DNA of 64,000 nucleotides from Eledone cirrhosa. Lineage: Eukaryota. The stretch covers positions 1,488,001 to 1,552,000 of the forward strand of contig OZ024759.1 of the NCBI GenBank assembly GCA_964016885.1. Direction: 5' to 3'. Below are positions 13,770-29,100 of the stretch, in pieces. Position 1 is the stretch's first letter; every line of letters begins with the position of its first letter. Under the pieces are notes generated by a model. It worked only from the letters and a program-made list of their open reading frames with translations. It searched no databases and had not been told where the DNA came from. Both the position numbers and the translations under genes were made by a program.

Positions 13770-16700
13770 GTCTATATTAGTAACATGACAGTCTATATTG
13801 TAAAATGACACAGTCTATATTAGTAACATGACACAGTCTATATTAGTAACATGACAGTCTATATTAGTAACATGACACAGTCTATATTAGTAACATGACA
13901 CAGTCTATATTAGTAACATGACAGTCTATATTAGTAGCATGGCAATGTCTATATTAGTAACATGACACAGTCTATATTAGTAACAAGACTTAGTCTATAT
14001 TAGTAACATGACATAGTCTATATTAGTAGCATGACAAAGTCTATATTAGTAACATGACAAAGTCTATATTAGTAACATGACACAGTCTATCTTAGTAACA
14101 TGACAAAGTCTATATTAGTAACATGACACAGTCTATATTAGTAACATGACAAAGTCTATATTAGTAGCATGACAAAGTCTATATTAGTAACATGACACAG
14201 TCTATATTAGTAACATGACAAAGTCTATATTAGTAACATGACAAAGTCTATATTAGTAACATGACAAAGTCTATATTAGTAACATGACAAAGTCTATATT
14301 AGTAACATGACACAGTCTATATTAGTAACATGACAGTCTATATTAGTAGCATGACAAAGTCTATATTAGTAACATGACAAAGTCTATATTAGTAACATGA
14401 CACAGTCTATATTAGTAACATGACACAGTCTATATTAGTAACATGACAGTCTATATTAGTAACATGACAAAGTCTATATTAGTAACATGGCAAAGTCTAT
14501 GTTAGTAACATGACAAAGTCTATATTAGTAACATGACAAAGTCTATATTAGTAACATGCCAAAGTCTATATTAGTAGCATGACAAAGTCTATATTAGTAG
14601 CATGACACAGTCTATATTAGTAACATGACAAAGTCTATATTAGTAACATGACACAGTCTATATTAGTAACATGACAGTCTATATTAGTAACATGACAAAG
14701 TCTATATTAGTAACATGACAAAGTCTATATTAGTAACATGACACAGTCTATATTAGTAACATGACAGTCTATATTAGTAACATGACAAAGTCTATATTAG
14801 TAACATGACAAAGTCTATATTAGTAACATGACAAAGTCTATATTAGTAACATGACAAAGTCTATATTAGTAGCATGACACAGTCTATATTAGTAACATGA
14901 CAAAGTCTATATTAGTAACATGACAAAGTCTATATTAGTAGCATGACACAGTCTATATTAGTAACATGACAAAGTCTATATTAGTAACATGACACAGTCT
15001 ATATTAGTAACATGGCAAAGTCTATGTTAGTAACATGACAAAGTCTATATTAGTAACATGACAAAGTCTATATTAGTAACATGCCAAAGTCTATATTAGT
15101 AGCATGACAAAGTCTATATTAGTAGCATGACAAAGTCTCTATTAGTAACATGACAAAGTCTATATTAGTAACATGACAGTCTATATTAGTAACATGACAC
15201 AGTCTATATTAGTAACATGACAAAGTCTATATTAGTAACATGACAAGGCCTATATTAGTAACATGACAAAGTCTATATTAGTAACATGACACTGTCTATA
15301 TTAGTAACTTGACAAAGTCTATATTAGTAACATGACACATTCTATATTAGTAACATGACACAGTCTATATTAGTAACATGACAAAGTCTATATTAGTAGC
15401 ATGACAAAGTCTATATTAGTAACATGACAAATTCTATATTAGTAACATGACACAGTCTATGTTAGTAACATGACAAAGTCTATATTAGTAACATGACAAA
15501 GTCTATATTAGTAACATGACACAGTCTATATTAGTAACATGACAAAGTCTATATTAGTAGCATGACAAAGTCTATATTAGTAACATGACACAGTCTATAT
15601 TAGTAACATGACAAAGTCTATATTAGTAGCATGACAAAGTCTATATTAGTAACATGACAAAGTCTATATTAGTAACATGACACAGTCTATATTAGTAACA
15701 TGACAGTCTATATTAGTAACATGACAGTCCATATTAGTAGCATGACAAAGTCTATATTAATAACATGACAAAGTCTATATTAGTAACATGACAAAGTCTA
15801 TATTAGTAACATGACAAAGTCTATATTAGTAACATGACAAAGTCTATATTAGTAACATGACACAGACTATATTAGTAACATGACATAGTCTATATTAGTA
15901 ACATGACAAAGTCTATATTAGTAGCATGACACAGTCTATATTAGTAACATGACACAGTCTATATTAGTAACATGACAGTCTATATTAGTAACATGACAAA
16001 GTCTATATTAGTAGCATGACAAAGTCTATATTAGTAACATGACCCAGTCTATATTAGTAACATGACAATCTATATTAGTAACATGACACAGTCTATATTA
16101 GTAGCATGACAAAGTCTATATTAGTAACATGACAGTCTATATTAGTAACATGACGAAGTCTATATTAGTAGCATGACAAAGTCTATATTAGTAGCATGAC
16201 ACAGTCTATATTAGTAACATGACACAATCTATATTAGTAACATGACACAGTCTATATTAGTAACATGACAAAGTCTATATTAGTAGCATGACAAAGTCTA
16301 TATTAGTAACATGACAAAGTCTATATTAGTAACATGACACAGTCTATATTAATAACATGACAAAGTCTATATTAGTAACATGACAAAGTCTATATTAGTA
16401 ACATGACAGTCTATATTGTAAAATGACACAGTCTATATTAGTAACATGACACAGTCTATATTAGTAACATGACAGTCTATATTAGTAACATGACACAGTC
16501 TATATTAGTAACATGACACAGTCTATATTAGTAACATGACAGTCTATATTAGTAGCATGGCAATGTCTATATTAGTAACATGACACAGTCTATATTAGTA
16601 ACAAGACTTAGTCTATATTAGTAACATGACATAGTCTATATTAGTAGCATGACAAAGTCTATATTAGTAACATGACAAAGTCTATATTAGTAACATGACA

Positions 16701-19700
16701 CAGTCTATCTTAGTAACATGACAAAGTCTATATTAGTAACATGACACAGTCTATATTAGTAACATGACAAAGTCTATATTAGTAGCATGACAAAGTCTAT
16801 ATTAGTAACATGACACAGTCTATATTAGTAACATGACAAAGTCTATATTAGTAACATGACAAAGTCTATATTAGTAACATGACAAAGTCTATATTAGTAA
16901 CATGACAAAGTCTATATTAGTAACATGACACAGTCTATATTAGTAACATGACAGTCTATATTAGTAGCATGACAAAGTCTATATTAGTAACATGACAAAG
17001 TCTATATTAGTAACATGACACAGTCTATATTAGTAACATGACACAGTCTATATTAGTAACATGACAGTCTATATTAGTAACATGACAAAGTCTATATTAG
17101 TAACATGGCAAAGTCTATGTTAGTAACATGACAAAGTCTATATTAGTAACATGACAAAGTCTATATTAGTAACATGCCAAAGTCTATATTAGTAGCATGA
17201 CAAAGTCTATATTAGTAGCATGACACAGTCTATATTAGTAACATGACAAAGTCTATATTAGTAACATGACACAGTCTATATTAGTAACATGACAGTCTAT
17301 ATTAGTAACATGACAAAGTCTATATTAGTAACATGACAAAGTCTATATTAGTAACATGACACAGTCTATATTAGTAACATGACAGTCTATATTAGTAACA
17401 TGACAAAGTCTATATTAGTAACATGACAAAGTCTATATTAGTAACATGACAAAGTCTATATTAGTAACATGACAAAGTCTATATTAGTAGCATGACACAG
17501 TCTATATTAGTAACATGACAAAGTCTATATTAGTAACATGACAAAGTCTATATTAGTAGCATGACACAGTCTATATTAGTAACATGACAAAGTCTATATT
17601 AGTAACATGACACAGTCTATATTAGTAACATGGCAAAGTCTATGTTAGTAACATGACAAAGTCTATATTAGTAACATGACAAAGTCTATATTAGTAACAT
17701 GCCAAAGTCTATATTAGTAGCATGACAAAGTCTATATTAGTAGCATGACAAAGTCTCTATTAGTAACATGACAAAGTCTATATTAGTAACATGACAGTCT
17801 ATATTAGTAACATGACACAGTCTATATTAGTAACATGACAAAGTCTATATTAGTAACATGACAAGGCCTATATTAGTAACATGACAAAGTCTATATTAGT
17901 AACATGACACTGTCTATATTAGTAACTTGACAAAGTCTATATTAGTAACATGACACAGTCTATATTAGTAACATGACACAGTCTATATTAGTAACATGAC
18001 AAAGTCTATATTAGTAGCATGACAAAGTCTATATTAGTAACATGACAAAGTCTATATTAGTAACATGACACAGTCTATGTTAGTAACATGACAAAGTCTA
18101 TATTAGTAACATGACAAAGTCTATATTAGTAACATGACACAGTCTATATTAGTAACATGACAAAGTCTATATTAGTAGCATGACAAAGTCTATATTAGTA
18201 ACATGACACAGTCTATATTAGTAACATGACAAAGTCTATATTAGTAGCATGACAAAGTCTATATTAGTAACATGACAAAGTCTATATTAGTAACATGACA
18301 CAGTCTATATTAGTAACATGACAGTCTATATTAGTAACATGACAGTCCATATTAGTAGCATGACAAAGTCTATATTAGTAACATGACAAAGTCTATATTA
18401 GTAACATGACAAAGTCTATATTAGTAACATGACAAAGTCTATATTAGTAACATGACAAAGTCTATATTAGTAACATGACACAGACTATATTAGTAACATG
18501 ACATAGTCTATATTAGTAACATGACAAAGTCTATATTAGTAGCATGACACAGTCTATATTAGTAACATGACACAGTCTATATTAGTAACATGACAGTCTA
18601 TATTAGTAACATGACAAAGTCTATATTAGTAGCATGACAAAGTCTATATTAGTAACATGACCCAGTCTATATTAGTAACATGACAATCTATATTAGTAAC
18701 ATGACACAGTCTATATTAGTAGCATGACAAAGTCTATATTAGTAACATGACAGTCTATATTAGTAACATGACGAAGTCTATATTAGTAGCATGACAAAGT
18801 CTATATTAGTAGCATGACACAGTCTATATTAGTAACATGACACAATCTATATTAGTAACATGACACAGTCTATATTAGTAACATGACAAAGTCTATATTA
18901 GTAGCATGACAAAGTCTATATTAGTAACATGACAAAGTCTATATTAGTAACATGACACAGTCTATATTAATAACATGACAAAGTCTATATTAGTAACATG
19001 ACAAAGTCTATATTAGTAACATGACAGTTTATATTGTAAAATGACACAGTCTATATTAGTAACATGACACAGTCTATATTAGTAACATGACAGTCTATAT
19101 TAGTAACATGACACAGTCTATATTAGTAACATGACACAGTCTATATTAGTAACATGACAGTCTATATTAGTAGCATGGCAATGTCTATATTAGTAACATG
19201 ACACAGTCTATATTAGTAACAAGACTTAGTCTATATTAGTAACATGACATAGTCTATATTAGTAGCATGACAAAGTCTATATTAGTAACATGACAAAGTC
19301 TATATTAGTAACATGACACAGTCTATCTTAGTAACATGACAAAGTCTATATTAGTAACATGACACAGTCTATATTAGTAACATGACAAAGTCTATATTAG
19401 TAGCATGACAAAGTCTATATTAGTAACATGACACAGTCTATATTAGTAACATGACAAAGTCTATATTAGTAACATGACAAAGTCTATATTAGTAACATGA
19501 CAAAGTCTATATTAGTAACATGACAAAGTCTATATTAGTAACATGACACAGTCTATATTAGTAACATGACAGTCTATATTAGTAGCATGACAAAGTCTAT
19601 ATTAGTAACATGACAAAGTCTATATTAGTAACATGACACAGTCTATATTAGTAACATGACACAGTCTATATTAGTAACATGACAGTCTATATTAGTAACA

Positions 19701-21610
19701 TGACAAAGTCTATATTAGTAACATGGCAAAGTCTATGTTAGTAACATGACAAAGTCTATATTAGTAACATGACAAAGTCTATATTAGTAACATGCCAAAG
19801 TCTATATTAGTAGCATGACAAAGTCTATATTAGTAGCATGACACAGTCTATATTAGTAACATGACAAAGTCTATATTAGTAACATGACACAGTCTATATT
19901 AGTAACATGACAGTCTATATTAGTAACATGACAAAGTCTATATTAGTAACATGACAAAGTCTATATTAGTAACATGACACAGTCTATATTAGTAACATGA
20001 CAGTCTATATTAGTAACATGACAAAGTCTATATTAGTAACATGACAAAGTCTATATTAGTAACATGACAAAGTCTATATTAGTAACATGACAAAGTCTAT
20101 ATTAGTAGCATGACACAGTCTATATTAGTAACATGACAAAGTCTATATTAGTAACATGACAAAGTCTATATTAGTAGCATGACACAGTCTATATTAGTAA
20201 CATGACAAAGTCTATATTAGTAACATGACACAGTCTATATTAGTAACATGGCAAAGTCTATGTTAGTAACATGACAAAGTCTATATTAGTAACATGACAA
20301 AGTCTATATTAGTAACATGCCAAAGTCTATATTAGTAGCATGACAAAGTCTATATTAGTAGCATGACAAAGTCTCTATTAGTAACATGACAAAGTCTATA
20401 TTAGTAACATGACAGTCTATATTAGTAACATGACACAGTCTATATTAGTAACATGACAAAGTCTATATTAGTAACATGACAAGGCCTATATTAGTAACAT
20501 GACAAAGTCTATATTAGTAACATGACACTGTCTATATTAGTAACTTGACAAAGTCTATATTAGTAACATGACACAGTCTATATTAGTAACATGACAAAGT
20601 CTATATTAGTAGCATGACAAAGTCTATATTAGTAACATGACAAAGTCTATATTAGTAACATGACACAGTCTATGTTAGTAACATGACAAAGTCTATATTA
20701 GTAACATGACAAAGTCTATATTAGTAACATGACACAGTCTATATTAGTAACATGACAAAGTCTATATTAGTAGCATGACAAAGTCTATATTAGTAACATG
20801 ACACAGTCTATATTAGTAACATGACAAAGTCTATATTAGTAGCATGACAAAGTCTATATTAGTAACATGACAAAGTCTATATTAGTAACATGACACAGTC
20901 TATATTAGTAACATGACAGTCTATATTAGTAACATGACAGTCCATATTAGTAGCATGACAAAGTCTATATTAGTAACATGACAAAGTCTATATTAGTAAC
21001 ATGACAAAGTCTATATTAGTAACATGACAAAGTCTATATTAGTAACATGACAAAGTCTATATTAGTAACATGACACAGACTATATTAGTAACATGACATA
21101 GTCTATATTAGTAACATGACAAAGTCTATATTAGTAGCATGACACAGTCTATATTAGTAACATGACACAGTCTATATTAGTAACATGACAGTCTATATTA
21201 GTAACATGACAAAGTCTATATTAGTAGCATGACAAAGTCTATATTAGTAACATGACCCAGTCTATATTAGTAACATGACAATCTATATTAGTAACATGAC
21301 ACAGTCTATATTAGTAGCATGACAAAGTCTATATTAGTAACATGACAGTCTATATTAGTAACATGACGAAGTCTATATTAGTAGCATGACAAAGTCTATA
21401 TTAGTAGCATGACACAGTCTATATTAGTAACATGACACAATCTATATTAGTAACATGACACAGTCTATATTAGTAACATGACAAAGTCTATATTAGTAGC
21501 ATGACAAAGTCTATATTAGTAACATGACAAAGTCTATATTAGTAACATGACACAGTCTATATTAATAACATGACAAAGTCTATATTAGTAACATGACAAA
21601 GTCTATATTA
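13770..21610. repeat. Three tandem copies of a ~2618-bp higher-order repeat (about 115 monomers; third copy one monomer shorter)
   Basis: AAGACTTAG at 13985/16603/19221 and AGGCCT at 15246/17864/20482 (all steps 2618). GACCCAG at 16043/18661/21256 (steps 2618, then 2595 = 2618-23). Boundaries approximate. Confidence 0.9.
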
Positions 21611-23239
21611 GTAACATGACACAGTCTATATTAGTAATATCACAAAGTCTATATTAGTAACATGACACTGTCTATATTAGTAACTTGACAAAGTCTATAT
21701 TATTAACATGCCACAGTCTATATTAGTAACATGACACAGTCTATATTAGTAACATGACACAGTTTATATTAGTAACATGACAAAGTCTATATTAGTAACA
21801 TGACAAAGTCTATATTAGTAACATGGCAGTCTATATTAGTAACATGACAAAGTCTATATTAGTAACATGACACAGTCTATATTAGTAACATGACAAAGAC
21901 TCTATTAGTAACATGACAAAGTCTATATTAGTAGCATGACACATTCTATATTAGTAACATGACACAGTCTATATTAGTAACATGACACAGTCTATATTAG
22001 TAAAATGACACAGTCTATATTAGTAACATGACACAGTCTATATTAGTAACATGACAAAGTCTATATTAGTAGCATGACAAAGTCTATATTAGTATCATGA
22101 CAAAGTCTATATTAGTAACATGACACAGTCTATATTAGTAACATGACAAAGTCTATATTAGTAACATGACAAAGTCTATATTAGTAACATGACAGTCTAT
22201 ATTAGTAACATGACAAAGACTCTATTAGTAACATGACAAATTCTATATTAGTAACATGACAGTCTATATTAGTAACATGACAAAATCTATATTAGTAACA
22301 TGACAGTCTATATTAGTAACATGACAAAGTCTATATTAGTAACATGACAGTCTATATTGTACCATGACACAGTCTATATTAGTAACATGACATAGTCTAT
22401 ATTAGTAACATGACAAAGTCTATATTAGTAACATGACAGTCTATATTGTAAAATGACACAGTCTATATTAGTAACATGACACAGTCTATATTAGTAACAT
22501 GACAGTCTATATTAGTAACATGACACAGTCTATATTAGTAACATGACACAGTCTATATTAGTAACATGACAGTCTATATTAGTAGCATGGCAATGTCTAT
22601 ATTAGTAACATGACACAGTCTATATTAGTAACAAGACTTAGTCTATATTAGTAACATGACATAGTCTATATTAGTAGCATGACAAAGTCTATATTAGTAA
22701 CATGACAAAGTCTATATTAGTAACATGACACAGTCTATCTTAGTAACATGACAAAGTCTATATTAGTAACATGACACAGTCTATATTAGTAACATGACAA
22801 AGTCTATATTAGTAGCATGACAAAGTCTATATTAGTAACATGACACAGTCTATATTAGTAACATGACAAAGTCTATATTAGTAACATGACAAAGTCTATA
22901 TTAGTAACATGACAAAGTCTATATTAGTAACATGACAAAGTCTATATTAGTAACATGACACAGTCTATATTAGTAACATGACAGTCTATATTAGTAGCAT
23001 GACAAAGTCTATATTAGTAACATGACAAAGTCTATATTAGTAACATGACACAGTCTATATTAGTAACATGACAGTCTATATTAGTAACATGACAAAGTCT
23101 ATATTAGTAACATGGCAAAGTCTATGTTAGTAACATGACAAAGTCTATATTAGTAACATGACAAAGTCTATATTAGTAACATGCCAAAGTCTATATTAGT
23201 AGCATGACAAAGTCTATATTAGTAGCATGACACAGTCTA

Positions 23240-26200
23240 TATTAGTAACATGACAAAGTCTATATTAGTAACATGACACAGTCTATATTAGTAACATGAC
23301 AGTCTATATTAGTAACATGACAAAGTCTATATTAGTAACATGACAAAGTCTATATTAGTAACATGACACAGTCTATATTAGTAACATGACAGTCTATATT
23401 AGTAACATGACAAAGTCTATATTAGTAACATGACAAAGTCTATATTAGTAACATGACAAAGTCTATATTAGTAACATGACAAAGACTATATTAGTAGCAT
23501 GACACAGTCTATATTAGTAACATGACAAAGTCTATATTAGTAACATGACAAAGTCTATATTAGTAGCATGACACAGTCTATATTAGTAACATGACAAAGT
23601 CTATATTAGTAACATGACACAGTCTATATTAGTAACATGACAAAGTCTATATTAGTAACATGACAAAGTCTATATTAGTAACATGACACAGTCTATATTA
23701 GTAACATGACAAAGTCTATATTAGTAACATGACACTGTCTATATTAGTAACTTGACAAAGTCTATATTAGTAACATGACACAGTCTATATTAGTAACATG
23801 ACACAGTCTATATTAGTAACATGACAAAGTCTATATTAGTAGCATGACAAAGTCTATATTAGTAACATGACAAAGTCTATATTAGTAACATGACACAGTC
23901 TATGTTAGTAACATGACAAAGTCTATATTAGTAACATGACAAAGTCTATATTAGTAACATGACACAGTCTATATTAGTAACATGACAAAGTCTATATTAG
24001 TAGCATGACAAAGTCTATATTAGTAACATGACACAGTCTATATTAGTAACATGACAAAGTCTATATTAGTAGCATGACAAAGTCTATATTAGTAACATGA
24101 CAAAGTCTATATTAGTAACATGACACAGTCTATATTAGTAACATGACAGTCTATATTAGTAACATGACAGTCCATATTAGTAGCATGACAAAGTCTATAT
24201 TAGTAACATGACAAAGTCTATATTAGTAACATGAAAAAGTCTATATTAGTAACATGACAAAGTCTATATTAGTAACATGACAAAGTCTATATTAGTAACA
24301 TGACACAGTCTATATTAGTAACATGACATAGTCTATATTAGTAACATGACAAAGTCTATATTAGTAGCATGACACAGTCTATATTAGTAACATGACACAG
24401 TCTATATTAGTAACATGACAGTCTATATTAGTAACATGACAAAGTCTATATTAGTAGCATGACAAAGTCTATATTAGTAACATGACAGTCTATATTAGTA
24501 ACATGACAATCTATATTAGTAACATGACACAGTCTATATTAGTAGCATGACAAAGTCTATATTAGTAACATGACAGTCTATATTAGTAACATGACGAAGT
24601 CTATATTAGTAGCATGACAAAGTCTATATTAGTAGCATGACACAGTCTATATTAGTAACATGACACAATCTATATTAGTAACATGACACAGTCTATATTA
24701 GTAACATGACAAAGTCTATATTAGTAGCATGACAAAGTCTATATTAGTAACATGACAAAGTCTATATTAGTAACATGACACAGTCTATATTAATAACATG
24801 ACAAAGTCTATATTAGTAACATGACAAAGTCTATATTAGTAACATGACACAGTCTATATTAGTAATATCACAAAGTCTATATTAGTAACATGACACTGTT
24901 TATATTAGTAACTTGACAAAGTCTATATTATTAACATGCCACAGTCTATATTGGTAACATGACACAGTCTATATTAGTAACATGACACAGTTTATATTAG
25001 TAACATGACAAAGTCTATATTAGTAACATGACAAAGTCTATATTAGTAACATGGCAGTCTATATTAGTAACATGACAAAGTCTATATTAGTAACATGACA
25101 CAGTCTATATTAGTAACATGACAAAGACTCTATTAGTAACATGACAAAGTCTATATTAGTAGCATGACACAGTCTATATTAGTAACATGACACAGTCTAT
25201 ATTAGTAACATGACACAGTCTATATTAGTAAAATGACACAGTCTATATTAGTAACATGACACAGTCTATATTAGTAACATGACAAAGTCTATATTAGTAG
25301 CATGACAAAGTCTATATTAGTAACATGACAAAGTCTATATTAGTAACATGACACAGTCTATATTAGTAACATGACACAGTCTATATTAGTAACATGACAC
25401 AGTCTATATTAGTAACATGACATAGTCTATATTAGTAACATGACAAAGTCTATATTAGTAGCATGACACAGTCTATATTAGTAACATGACACAGTCTATA
25501 TTAGTAACATGACAGTCTATATTAGTAACATGACAAAGTCTATATTAGTAGCATGACAAAGTCTATATTAGTAACATGACAGTCTATATTAGTAACATGA
25601 CAATCTATATTAGTAACATGACACAGTCTATATTAGTAGCATGACAAAGTCTATATTAGTAACATGACAGTCTATATTAGTAACATGACGAAGTCTATAT
25701 TAGTAGCATGACAAAGTCTATATTAGTAGCATGACACAGTCTATATTAGTAACATGACACAATCTATATTAGTAACATGACACAGTCTATATTAGTAACA
25801 TGACAAAGTCTATATTAGTAGCATGACAAAGTCTATATTAGTAACATGACAAAGTCTATATTAGTAACATGACACAGTCTATATTAATAACATGACAAAG
25901 TCTATATTAGTAACATGACAAAGTCTATATTAGTAACATGACACAGTCTATATTAGTAATATCACAAAGTCTATATTAGTAACATGACACTGTTTATATT
26001 AGTAACTTGACAAAGTCTATATTATTAACATGCCACAGTCTATATTGGTAACATGACACAGTCTATATTAGTAACATGACACAGTTTATATTAGTAACAT
26101 GACAAAGTCTATATTAGTAACATGACAAAGTCTATATTAGTAACATGGCAGTCTATATTAGTAACATGACAAAGTCTATATTAGTAACATGACACAGTCT

Positions 26201-29100
26201 ATATTAGTAACATGACAAAGACTCTATTAGTAACATGACAAAGTCTATATTAGTAGCATGACACAGTCTATATTAGTAACATGACACAGTCTATATTAGT
26301 AACATGACACAGTCTATATTAGTAAAATGACACAGTCTATATTAGTAACATGACACAGTCTATATTAGTAACATGACAAAGTCTATATTAGTAGCATGAC
26401 AAAGTCTATATTAGTAACATGACAAAGTCTATATTAGTAACATGACACAGTCTATATTAGTAACATGACAAAGTCTATATTAGTAACATGACAAAGTCTA
26501 TATTAGTAACATGACAGTCTATATTAGTAACATGACAAAGTCTATATTATTAACATGACACAGTCTATATTAGTAACATGACAAAGTCTCTATTAGTAAC
26601 ATGACAAAGTCTATATTAGTAACATGACAGTCTATATTAGTAACATGACAAAGTCTCTATTAGTAACATGACAAAGTCAAAATTAGTAACATGACAGTCT
26701 ATATTAGTAACATGACAAAGTCTATATTAGTAACATGACAGTCTATATTGTAACATGACACAGTCTATATTAGTAGCATGACACAGTCTATATTAGTAAA
26801 ATGACACAGTCTATATTAGTAACATGACAGTCTATATTAGTAACATGACAAAGTCTATATTAGTAACATGACAAAGTCTATATTAGTAACATGACACAGT
26901 CTATATTAGTAACATGACAGTCTATATTAGTAACATGACAAAGTCTATATTAGTAACATGACACAGTCTATATTAGTAACATGACAGTCTATATTAGTAA
27001 CATGACAAAGTCTATATTAGTAACATGACAAAGTCTATATTAGTAACATGACACAGTCTATATTAGTAACATGACAGTCTATATTAGTAACATGACAAAG
27101 TCTATATTAGTAACATGACAAAGTCTATATTAGTAACATGACAAAGTCTATATTAGTAACATGACAAAGACTATATTAGTAGCATGACACAGTCTATATT
27201 AGTAACATGACAAAGTCTATATTAGTAACATGACAAAGTCTATATTAGTAGCATGACACAGTCTATATTAGTAACATGACAAAGTCTATATTAGTAACAT
27301 GACACAGTCTATATTAGTAACATGACAAAGTCTATATTAGTAACATGACAAAGTCTATATTAGTAACATGACACAGTCTATATTAGTAACATGACAAAGT
27401 CTATATTAGTAACATGACACTGTCTATATTAGTAACTTGACAAAGTCTATATTAGTAACATGACACAGTCTATATTAGTAACATGACACAGTCTATATTA
27501 GTAACATGACAAAGTCTATATTAGTAGCATGACAAAGTCTATATTAGTAACATGACAAAGTCTATATTAGTAACATGACACAGTCTATGTTAGTAACATG
27601 ACAAAGTCTATATTAGTAACATGACAAAGTCTATATTAGTAACATGACACAGTCTATATTAGTAACATGACAAAGTCTATATTAGTAGCATGACAAAGTC
27701 TATATTAGTAACATGACACAGTCTATATTAGTAACATGACAAAGTCTATATTAGTAGCATGACAAAGTCTATATTAGTAACATGACAAAGTCTATATTAG
27801 TAACATGACACAGTCTATATTAGTAACATGACAGTCTATATTAGTAACATGACAGTCCATATTAGTAGCATGACAAAGTCTATATTAGTAACATGACAAA
27901 GTCTATATTAGTAACATGAAAAAGTCTATATTAGTAACATGACAAAGTCTATATTAGTAACATGACAAAGTCTATATTAGTAACATGACACAGTCTATAT
28001 TAGTAACATGACATAGTCTATATTAGTAACATGACAAAGTCTATATTAGTAGCATGACACAGTCTATATTAGTAACATGACACAGTCTATATTAGTAACA
28101 TGACAGTCTATATTAGTAACATGACAAAGTCTATATTAGTAGCATGACAAAGTCTATATTAGTAACATGACAGTCTATATTAGTAACATGACAATCTATA
28201 TTAGTAACATGACACAGTCTATATTAGTAGCATGACAAAGTCTATATTAGTAACATGACAGTCTATATTAGTAACATGACGAAGTCTATATTAGTAGCAT
28301 GACAAAGTCTATATTAGTAGCATGACACAGTCTATATTAGTAACATGACACAATCTATATTAGTAACATGACACAGTCTATATTAGTAACATGACAAAGT
28401 CTATATTAGTAGCATGACAAAGTCTATATTAGTAACATGACAAAGTCTATATTAGTAACATGACACAGTCTATATTAATAACATGACAAAGTCTATATTA
28501 GTAACATGACAAAGTCTATATTAGTAACATGACACAGTCTATATTAGTAATATCACAAAGTCTATATTAGTAACATGACACTGTTTATATTAGTAACTTG
28601 ACAAAGTCTATATTATTAACATGCCACAGTCTATATGGGTAACATGACACAGTCTATATTAGTAACATGACACAGTTTATATTAGTAACATGACAAAGTC
28701 TATATTAGTAACATGACAAAGTCTATATTAGTAACATGGCAGTCTATATTAGTAACATGACAAAGTCTATATTAGTAACATGACACAGTCTATATTAGTA
28801 ACATGACAAAGACTCTATTAGTAACATGACAAAGTCTATATTAGTAGCATGACACAGTCTATATTAGTAACATGACACAGTCTATATTAGTAACATGACA
28901 CAGTCTATATTAGTAAAATGACACAGTCTATATTAGTAACATGACACAGTCTATATTAGTAACATGACAAAGTCTATATTAGTAGCATGACAAAGTCTAT
29001 ATTAGTAACATGACAAAGTCTATATTAGTAACATGACACAGTCTATATTAGTAACATGACAAAGTCTATATTAGTAACATGACAAAGTCTATATTAGTAA
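23240..29100. repeat. Higher-order duplication with offset 3685 bp, containing an internal 1094-bp duplication
   Basis: AAAGACTATATTAGTAGC 23485/27170, ATGAAAAAG 24235/27920 and AATATCAC 24866/28551 (all 3685). AATATCAC also occurs at 25960 and GACGAAG at 24596/25690 (1094). Boundaries approximate. Confidence 0.85.
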
